A DNA stretch of 64,000 nucleotides from a virus, in IMG/VR virus record IMGVR_UViG_3300031669_000002, positions 64,001 through 128,000 of that record; one strand, given 5' to 3'. The position numbers were made by a program, and so were the translations under genes. The notes beneath the pieces were generated by a model. That model had not been told where the DNA came from, did no database searches, and saw only the letters and a program-made list of their open reading frames with translations. Positions 27,142-39,100 of the stretch are shown piece by piece (position 1 is the stretch's first letter; the number at the start of each line of letters is the position of its first letter).

Positions 27142-30100
27142 TCATAAAAACCTTGTCGTACCTGCCCTTAATATTCCAGACTCCTGCCAATCAGAAGTTC
27201 TTGAACGCAACCCTGGACCAGCTAGTTACACAACCTGATTTTAAACGCGTCGATGGCTACATAGGTCGAAAATTTGCGCCAACATATCGCGCAGGCGACA
27301 ACTATGTTCCTGAACCAACAGCAGAGCGTCAAAACTACCAGCTTGAACCAAGTGTAGTTAGTTTAGATATCAACGGCGAGACACAATTTTTTAGCACATA
27401 TACTGATCTATTACAGCAGATAGAATATTATGGTGGTATAACGAATAACCACACACGGTTATTCGATCAAGAATCATATACGTTTGATGGCAAGATTGAC
27501 TTTGATAAGTTTGTAAACTTCAGTGAATACTATTGGTTACCAACTGGGCCAGATCCAGTAAACGTATATTCGGTTTCGTCTAACCTAAGACAAACATTTG
27601 ATATTACTCGTAACCTGGCAGTTAATGCTTACACTATTTCCGGATTTAACAATTCCCCAAATCCAGAAATTATTCTAGCGCGAGGAGGAGTATATCAGTT
27701 TGTAGTAGATCAGCCAGGATTTAACTTTTGGATTCAAACTGACATAGGTACATCCGGCACAAAACTAACTCAGCCAAATATTAGCACACGTCAAATTCTT
27801 GGAGTAGATAATAACGGAACAGATAATGGAACAGTTACTTTTACCGTTCCGCAAGCCGACGCACAAGATGGCTTTATAACTATGCCGCTAGTGCAGTCGA
27901 TAGATTTTGCAACAAATCTACTATACTCTGACATACAAGGTAAGAACCTAGCAACATTTGCTGGCATTGACGGAGTAAGCAGCAATCTACCAGGAAAGTA
28001 TTTAATTTTTACATCAAATGATACAAATGCTTCAAATTGGGGAAACACAGATCCGTCACATTGGAACGGAATTTGGCAAATACAGCTTTCCGGAGCAAAT
28101 ATTAACTTGGTATGGATAAAAGATATCCCAGTAGGAGAAAAAGTTTTTATTAAGTCAGGAAGCACTTATGTAAACTTAGAATTCTATAAGATTACTACTG
28201 GTCAATTAGAACAAGTACCTCCGGCCTCTGCTTCGCTTAATATATTGTACTATGCTGACTCGACAAATCCAGGGTTTTACGGCACTATTCGAGTAGTTGA
28301 TCCGTTAACATTTCAAATTGATGTAGAGACTGAGATATTAGGTAAGCAGTCATACACTAGCCCAAACGGCGTCGTATTTACTAACGGATTAAAGATAACA
28401 CTCAACAACACAGTTACTCCGGCATCTTATGCAGGAAATACATATTATGTTGAAGGTGTTGGTTCAAGCATTAAATTATTGCCAGTAGACTTATACGGCG
28501 GCACATCAACACTTGATTATATTGTGATTAATAGGTCAAGCATTGATGGCAATAGCTGGTCTAAAACTAACTCTTGGTTTCACTCTGATGTAATTGCTGC
28601 AACGTCAACATATAATAATACTGTTCCGCTATTAGATCAACTTACTAGAGCATCAAGGCCAATTATTGAATTTAGTCCTAATCTACAACTTTTCAATTAT
28701 GGACGAGTTGAGAAACCATATGTAAACATATTAGACTTTACTTCTACCGATGCTTTTACTCAAGTGCAAGGGTCTGTTCTTTTTGATCCTGCTGTATATA
28801 AAACAGGCGAAACAATAATTTTTGCCGCCGATCAAGACCCAAATGTTAAAAATAAAATTTATAACATTGATATTGCAACTATTGCGGGCGGGGCATACAC
28901 TGTTTCTGAGTCGTCGCCTACAGCTATTGGTTCTCTTGTTGCAGGCGAAACGTATGTTATTGATATCTTAGGAACTACAAATTGGGCAGCCGTCGGTGCC
29001 GCCGTTCCGACACCTGGTATTCCGTTTGTTGCGACTGGACCAGGAACCGGTACAGGTATTGCTTATCACATTATCTATACTCGCCCAGGACATTTTGTTA
29101 GCGGGCAAACATATCAGATTACAGATGTCGGTACAATGAACTGGTCTCTTCTTGGCGTAAGTTCGCCAACAGTTGGTTTACAATTTATTGCATCTTTTAT
29201 AGGTAACGACGCAACAACGGGAACAGGCGCAGCACAGTTCGTAACACAACCAGAATCATTTATAAATTTAACAGAAGTATTAAACGGTGACGTGTTAGCA
29301 TATGATGTTGTTATACCAAATACGGGTATGCTAGTAAAACTAAACCCATCTAATAACTCACAGTTCGATACAAATACATCATTCAGAACAATTGATTATT
29401 CGTTGCTGCCAGCAGATATCGGAACACTATCATTGACTACTGTTAATGGTTACGGTACGGCAGGAACACTAATCAAAGGGTATCAGTATGAAATTAAGTA
29501 TGCGGGCACAACTGATTTTACATTATATGGTTCACCAGATAATTTAGTTGGCACTATTTTCACTGCAACAAATACTAACCTACCAACTACTGGTCAGCAA
29601 ACAGGCATTGCACAACTTTTAAATATAGTAGATTCTGGTTTTGTGTCGGGAAAGAGCTATTGGTTCAATGGAATCAATTGGGTTCAATCGCAGCAAAAGA
29701 CTTCTACAAATCAGTCGCCATTGTTTGATATAGTAGACAATAATCTTATTAGTCTTGGAGATCCAACTATTTATTATGCAACCTCGTTTAAAGGTTGCCC
29801 TATCTTCACATACTTACAGGGGACAGGAACAGCAGACCCAGCATTAGGATTTCCGATATCATATAGAAATATTAACAATGTAGGAGATATTGAGTTTACT
29901 AATAATTATGACACTGATACTTTTAACCAACTTGTTGGATTAACTACGGTTACGAATAATGTCAACTCTGGTTTTATACCAGTTATTGTTGATCGAACCA
30001 CAATAATCAAAGAGAATATGTGGGTTAAGAAATTTGAGAACTCTAAGCAGTATCAAATATTCTCAGCAGTATATGACGGATCTACATCAAACTTTCAGAT

Positions 30101-33100
30101 TGATATTTTACCTGACCAGTCACAGTTTATTCCTAATCTAAAAGTATATGTCAATAGTATTGAACTAGTGTCAACTTCTTATTCTATTACTACTGTAGGT
30201 ATAGTAAACTACTTGACAATTTCGTCAACACTTTCCGTAGGCGACGAGATTGATATATTAATCTACTCAGCTACGCAGGTATCAACTGCTGGGTACTATG
30301 AAATACCAAGTAACTTGGATTACAATGCACTAAATGAAAATTTTACAGTGCTTACGCACGGACAGTTTAGAAATCACGTAGCAACCATTGCGTCTAATAC
30401 TACAGAGATATTAGGCAAGGTTCCAGGACAAAGCAATCTTAGAGATCTATCAGTTAAAACTTTTGGTGGAAGTATTTTACAACATAGTTCTCCGTTAATC
30501 TATAGCGAACTATTCTTGCTTAATAAAGACTTAAACTTTATGGATGCGAGTACCTACGTCCAACTAGAATATAATAGATTTAAGAACAAATTCTTAGAAG
30601 CGTTCCCATCAGTAGTAGATGCCGGAATTTTAGACCCCGCAGTCGCAGTGGATACTATTCTGCTACAGTTGAATACAGTAAAGAATGACAAATCGCCGTG
30701 GTACTACAGCGATATGGTACCTTACGGTGGAAACAAAGTAACGACTACATACACTGTATTAAATGTAGATATAACTGCTTATGAAATCGCAAGTATCTTC
30801 AATGACAATATATTAGGCAATAAGGCTATTTTAGTGTATCTGAATGGTAGTCAGCTAGTAAAAGGCATCGACTTTACTTTTGACCAAACTCGCCCCGCAA
30901 TCAATTTTATTAAATTGCTTAACTATGGCGACACAATAACTATCAATACATACAGCAATACAGATGGTAATTTTATACCAGAGACTCCAACAAAACTTGG
31001 TCTATATCCAAAGTTTACGCCAGAAAAGTTTGTGGATAGCTCGTATCAATCATCTCCTATAGTAATTCGCGGCCACGACGGAAGCATTACGCCGGCATTT
31101 GGGGATATGCGCGATGAACTACTATTGGAACTTGAAAAGCGTATCTACAACAATATCAAAGTAGAATACACTACTTCAAAGTTTGATCTGTTTAAATTTA
31201 TCCCAGGTAAATTTCGCGAAACAGAATATACTAAGGCAGAGTTTGACCAAATCTTATCTAGAAGCTTTATGGAATGGATAAGCAACAACAGAACTGATTA
31301 TTCAGATAATCAGTGGTTCCAGAGCGGCAACCAATGGTCATGGACATATAGTAGCTTCAAAGATAAAATAGATGGCTCTTATCTTCCTGGATATTGGAAG
31401 GGAATTTACAAATATTTCTACGACACAGATGCACCTCATCTAAGAGCATGGGAAATGCTTGGATTTAGTGAAATGCCAGATTGGTGGATAGACACTTATG
31501 GTCCAGCACCTTATACGGCAGGAAACAAAGTTCTATGGGATGATCTAGAATCAGGAACTATTGTACAAGGCACAAGAGCAGGAACATACTCACAGTATGC
31601 TCGCCCAGGACTGAGCACAGTGATACCAGTTGATGTTTATGGAAACTTATTATCACCTAACGAATTTTTAGTAACTGGATTTAACGGGTCAACTGTTGAC
31701 GATACTTTTGTGTTTGGAGATAACGGCCCAGTTGAGAATGCATGGAGAACAAGCAGCCATTATCCTTTTGCAGTACAACGAGCAATTGCTCTAATGAAAC
31801 CAGCGTTATATTTTGCACAGCTTGCTAACGTTCAAGACTATAGTAACACAAACGAATTAGGTCAATGGCTTTTCGTAGATAACAATCGTCGAATCACGTT
31901 AAAAACACTTGAGGTAAATGGCGAAGTTATTACGCCGTTAACTGCTACAGCTATTAACCCAACAGGATCAATATTAAGACAGGCAGGATACCTGAACTGG
32001 ATAAGCGACTATGTTGCTGGATACGGAGCATCCAGCCCAACCATGATACACAGTTATCTCGATACTCTTAGTGTTAAGTTAGGATATAGAGCTGCCGGTT
32101 TTACCGACCAGTCATTTATTTCTATCTTTGCAGATCAAGCAAGTCCTAATAGCACAAATAAATCAATTGTTATTCCAAACGAGAACTACCAAGTCTACGT
32201 CCATAAATCAGCTCCTATATCAAGTATAGTATATAGTGCTGTAATAATTGAAAAAACTCCTAGAGGATTTTCTGTAAGCGGCTATAGTACAGAGCAGCCA
32301 TACTTTACTATAATTCCAAGTAACCCAAACAACAATTTTTACACAATCTCGGCTGCAGGGCTAACGGGTGTAATATATAATGACTATCAACCGTTAACCA
32401 TTACAGTGCCGTATGGTCACGAGTTTGTAAATAAGCAGCAAGTAGTTGACTTCTTAACAAGCTACGGCAGATATCTAATTTCTCTTGGGTTTACTTTTAC
32501 CGAAGTAGATCCTGATTTACAGATCGCAAAAGATTGGATTTTAGCCGCAAAAGAGTTCCTAACATGGACACAGCAAGGTTGGGCAGTAGGCAATATCATC
32601 GTAGTTAGTCCAATATCTAATTCTATATCACTTACTGTTAATAATGGTGTAGTAGATGAAATTACAAATTTTCCAAATGGATCTAAAGTAATGGATGTTG
32701 GCTTTAATGTTATTAAGTCTAATCTGTTTACTGTTATAAGAGACACAAGCGAGTTTAACCTAACAACTGCTGCACCAAACATTACAATTGGATTGCTTGA
32801 TGTTGATGTAGTTCAATATGAAAATGCATTAATTTTTGATAACACCACAGTCTTCAATGATGTCATCTACGCTCCGGAATTAGGAAACAGGCAGTACCGA
32901 TTAAAATTAATTGGTGATGTAACAAGTTCTTGGACTGGAGAATTTAATCCTCCAGGACTTATTTACAGTAATCCATCTGTACAGGCATGGCAGCAAGGGA
33001 AAGATTACCGCCAAGGAGATATTGTAGGGTATAACAACTTTCTTTATTCTGCATTGCAGGACATCGATGCAACCAACACATTTAACTACTCTTACTGGGC

Positions 33101-36100
33101 ACAGTTAGATCAAGCAGCATTCAAAACAGGAATGTTGCCTAACTTATCATACAATGCATCTAAGTTTTTAGATATGTATGATGTTGATAACCAAGTTGCA
33201 GATCAAAACATAAACGAATATGCAATGGGATTAATCGGATATCGAGATAGAGATTATTTAACACAGCTCAGAGTAGATACTACTTCTCAAGTTAAATTTT
33301 ATCAAGGTTTTATTCGTGATAAAGGAACAAAGAATGCAGTTAATGCATTAGCAAGTGCTACCTTTGAGAACCTGAACGGCACACTAAACTTTTATGAAGA
33401 GTGGGCATTTAGGGTAGGTAACTATGGGTCAACATTGAGCAATCAATTCTTAGAGGTTCAACTATACGATAATCTTTATAAATATGATCCGATGTCTTTT
33501 GCTTTGTTGAATAATAATGAAACAACAACTGATACGGGTGTAGTTGGTGTGTATGAAAGCGACTTATATAAAAAACCACTTACTTTTACACCCGCAATAA
33601 TTGAGAATAGATCACCAGAGTCAATCTATTCCAGCGACATAGCATCAGCAGGATATGTTAACCTAAACGACGTTGATGCAACAGTGTTTGATATAACAGA
33701 TGCTGCTTCATTGAATGCATTAGTGCCGTCGATTAGTACAGGTTTCAAATTATGGGTAGCAAAAGATAACACTAGTAACTGGAATGTTTATAGATTAGCA
33801 GAAGCATTGGCTAAAGTTATTGATGTATTATACCAATTGAATAACTTTGCTTTGTTTACAACAAGCACGACTCATGGGTTAGTTGCAGGTGATATATTCG
33901 TAGTTAAGGGATTCTCAAGTCTTGTTGATGGATTTTACACGGTAATACGATCAGTTGATGACCAAACAAATAATATCTATACCTTATTTGTTGCAATAAC
34001 AGATAGTTTAAATGCAGCACTTATCGTTACCCCAGAGATTACGGGCGACGGAAACATGTTTAATCTAAGTAGCATGAGAGTTAAATATCAGACTAATATA
34101 TTAGATATAACTCCGGGACTAGGTTGGATAAACAACGATAAGGTATGGATCGACACCAATGATGCAAACTCAAACTGGGCAGTATATCAGAAAACAGACC
34201 CATGGAACTTCGTTGATGCATTAGCACTATACTCCACGCAGATCACAGCAAATGCATTAGTGGGATCTTCAATTGCATCAACGTCTGATGGTCTACTTGT
34301 TGCCATTGGCGCACCAAGTAGTAATTTATTACCAAATGATGGTTCAATAAAAATCTTTACAAGAACACTTGCGGGCAATTATATTCCCGGCAATTCTATA
34401 AATCCTTCTCTATCGCCTAACAGACCATTTATTTCGAATATTACTTTATATAACATACCGTATCTTGGTTCGCCAATACCAGGTACCGCACCATTTAAGT
34501 TAAGTCTGAGTAATCTAGGATTCACTCCAAATCCATTAAACATAGTAACTGTGGTGTGGGATGATATTTGGGTTCCTGGGCTTGTGCCAGATAGCTTATC
34601 TAACCCTGCAGGAATAGGCGTACCATTAATTTCAGGAATACAAAACGACTATGTTATCACATATAACGATCCTGACCCACTATTTTTAGGTCAGACTACA
34701 ATAACTTTTAGAAATAATCCTACATTGCACGGGGCAGCGAGTTCGCTTCGATTTAGACTTGCTGAGGTAGAACCAGAAAAATTTGGTGAATCTCTTGATA
34801 TAAAACAAAATACAATTGCAGTAGGTTCTCCGGGATATAGAGGTGCTGGTCCAAATGAAGGAAGAGTTGCAATCTATAACATCGATTCAACCGGTACTAT
34901 CTCAATGACTCAAAGTATAGATCCAGAATTGTTGAATGCTACCTATAACACTCTTGCTACATATCAATATATTGCAACAGACGATCTTTTTGGTAGTTCT
35001 GTGTCACTAAGTGATGATGCACAGTGGTTATTTGTTGGGTCTCCACACTCACAGTGGAACGGGATTATTGGGTCTGTTTATGCATTTGCTCTTAAAGATA
35101 TCACGTCATCAACACAGACTATTACAACAAGCGGAAATATTACTACTTACCCACTAACGATATCTAATATTAGCAATCAATTAGGCATAACTGTATTGAA
35201 TCAGTTTTACAGTTTAATACCAAACGTCGATTATGTCATTGATATAAACGCAAGCACTATTACGTTTACAAAGAATCCCGCAGGAAAAATTTATCAAGTA
35301 AATCAGGGCCCATATTACGATTTTAATTCGGTTATTGCGCCAAATGATGGTGATTTAGGGGATCAATTTGGATCAGTAGTTAAGTCTCAAGCAGATGGTC
35401 GATATGTAGTAGTTGGAGCTAAGAACAAAACAATAAATGCTCAAGCATCTGTTGGTCAAAGTTATCTATTTACGCGAAGCGTACAAGATATAATTGGTGA
35501 TGGCATAACTTCTTCATTTAACCTGTATCAAGTACCAAACACTCAATCAAATGCTTATGCCTCAACATACTCATTGAGCGGGCAAGAATACACCCAAGTG
35601 TTAGATACAAATACTAGCGTATCTACATACAACCTGACATTTACTGCAAACACAGATGCGATTATTACAGTAACTCCAAATGTTCCGCCAGCATTAAGCT
35701 ATACAATTGATTATAGTACAAACCAGATTATATTTAATACAAATCCGGGTAACATTCAATGCAATATTACTCAGACTATAACATCTACCTATAATTTTGT
35801 ACCTAATGTTACGCCAAATGTTTATTTAAGTGGTAGCACAATAAGTTTTGGCGCAGCTCCAGGAAAGAATTTAGTGCTGCATGTAGAGCTAAACAATTTT
35901 AGTCAAATTCAAACATTTAATTCTAATAATGCACTTCTACTAGATAGCGGAGCAAACTTTGGTAATGCTGTTACCCTATCTTCTACGCTTGATGAAGTTT
36001 TTGTAGGGGCAACCGGAAGCACTTCACAAGATGGTAGAGTCTTTAGATTTACTAATCCAAGTATCACATACAATACAATATTACTTGATTTGGTTCCTAC

Positions 36101-39100
36101 TGCATCAAATATTATTATTAATAACAAGTTTATTGACTTAACTAGCGCCAATGCGAATGTTTATGCAATTTTGTCGACTATTACTAGTGCTAACATTGTT
36201 GGATTATCAAGTTCGATTGAAGGAAATGCAATTAGATTGACCTATAACTCTACAAAAGCCAACGATAGTCTTACCGTATTAGAAACTAACACAGCAGGCG
36301 AAATAGTTTCATTGGGCTCGCCGCTGATCAATACTCAAACTCTTGTTCATCCTGTAATAAGTCAGTATATTTTTAGCAATAGTCAGTTTGGTAGCACACT
36401 TGCATATGATAATGTTTCTGGTACACTAGTTGCGGCTGCATCAAACTCGCCTACAATTGAGAATTTCCAGCTTGACGGGTTTAGCACAACATTTGACGGC
36501 AACTCAACAAGAATATTTGATAAGTTAGACAACACTGGTGCAGTATATGCATTTGAAGAATTATATAATCCACTTAATTCGATTGATGTTCCGTCAAAGT
36601 TTATCTTTACTCAATCGTTCGCGCCAGCAAGCTTAGTAGCAAACATTAATTTTGGCTCGGCGATTGCAATGAACTACAACTCAATATTCATCGGTGCGAA
36701 TAATGCAGATGTTACGCCAGTAGATGCACTTGGTGTGACGGGTAATATAGTACCAAGAGCTGGAAATGTATTTTATTACAGTAATCCAACAGTTACATCA
36801 GCGTGGGGACAAATTCGTCAAGAAGCACCTAAGGTGGATCTTGCTAGTGTCTCAAGAATATTCCTATACGATAGAACATCGCAGGCTATATTATCATCGT
36901 TAGATTATATTGATCCAGCAAAAGGTAAAATTTTGGGTGCTGCTGAACAAGATATTACATTCAAATCAGCGTTTGATCCTGCAAAGTATAATGTAGGCAC
37001 AAATGCTAACACGTCAGTCAGACAAAATTATCATTGGGGGAAAACCCAGGTAGGACAGATATGGTGGGATCTATCTAAGGTACAGTATATAGACTACGAG
37101 CAAGACACACTAAGTTATCGAATTAAGAATTGGGGTTCTTTATTTCCAGGATCTACTATTGAGATAAATGAGTGGGTAGAAAGTAGTGTGTTGCCATCTC
37201 AATATTCGGGAGACGGAACAGTAAAGTATCCAGATAATAGCGCGTATGTTCAATCGACCATGCTAAATTCATCAACTGGCTTTATTGTAACAACCTATTA
37301 TTATTGGGTAACAAATAGAACTACGCTTGACCCTAGTTTAACTTTTAGACGATCAACTGCACTGACTATTGCAAATATGATTAAGTCTCCGGCAACACAG
37401 GGAATACCGTACGCAGCAATCATACAAGATAATGCTCTTGCTATGTATAGCGCAAACCAGTATTTGAATGCAGATAGAACAATCATGCATATAGACTACG
37501 AGAAGTTAGCAAATGAAAATATTATTCACAATGAGTATGAGTTGATACAAGAAAACTCGCCTAATGCAATAATACCATCAGACATAGTAAGCAAACTTAT
37601 TGATAGTCTTACTGGTGCTGATGCATTTGGTAACCCTGTACCAGATGTACAACTTGGTGTAGCAGAACGCTACGGCATAACTATCAGACCAAGACAGACG
37701 ATGTTCATTGACAATCTGACTGCAACAAAAAATATGGTAGAGTTCGCAAATACAGTATTCTTAACATTGCCGGTCGTCGAAGAATTTGATCTAACTAACT
37801 TGTATCTTTCAGATCCTGTTCCAGTTACTTGGGGTAATTTATATCCTGTTGCTTGGAAGATTAATACTCAATATGTAGCAGATGAACTAGTATCGTACAA
37901 CGGAAAAACTTACCTAGTTAAATTTGACCTTAATTCGGGAACATATTTTAATGCTCCGTATTATGCCGAAACAATATTGCCTGATGTATCAGTGTCTACT
38001 CCGATTGAGCTTACCTACTTAGATACCTCGTTGTTGTCTATACATCAAGTTATATTAGTAGAACAAGACTCAAATTACAATAATGGTTGGTCTCTATATC
38101 AATTAGGTATCAATAGAACATTTACTGTTATTAGAACAGAGACATATCAAACTTCTAACTACTGGAGCAAAGTAGACTGGTTTGATTCTACATATGACCC
38201 AACCATTAAACCTACCCATACAGTCGGAACTATTCCTGACATTGGAAATCTAACTTTAGTAAGCGGCGACACAGTATGGGTCTTAAATAACGGCGCAGGA
38301 CTATTCATTGTTTATAAAGTAAACACAGATTTGAGTTTATCACTAGTCGGACTACAACAAGGAACAATACAGCTTAGTGATGCACTATGGAATCACGCTG
38401 CCTACGAAATCGGCTTTGATAACGATAGATTTGATACTGTTAAGTTTGACCTAAACCCAACAACAGAGTTTAGAAATATTCTTTATGCTCTATATAACAA
38501 TATCTTTACAAATAGTCTTGCGGGCGAGTTTAACAATATGTTCTTCATATTGCTTAATTATATTCTTTCTGAACAGAGAACAATTGACTGGGCAATTAAG
38601 ACAAGCTTTGTTTCTGTGTTGCACCAACTTCGTAAACTACTGCAATATCCGAACTATATTGAAGACAACCAAACTTATTATCAGAGCTATATCGACGAAG
38701 TTAAACCTTATCGAACAACAATTCGCGAATATGTCATTGACTATCAAGGCGATGACCTAGTAAGAGTTCACCCAACTGACTTTGATTTGCCACCATATTT
38801 TGACACAGAGTTTAATATGTGGCGTAGTCCCAACGGAGAACACGCTAAGGATACATTGATTTTGTCTACTTATCCGCAGTATGCTGATTGGAATGCAAAT
38901 CATACATATTCTATTGGTAACGTGGCAATAATATCTGGCGGAATAGGATATACAGATCCGCCTGAAATTATAGTAGAAGGCGGAGGTGGTACAGGTGCAA
39001 TACTTCAATCTTCAATAGATTTAAACGGAATAGTAAAGTTTATCAAGGTTGTTAAACCGGGATATGGATATACGACCACGCCGACACTACTAGTAAGAGG

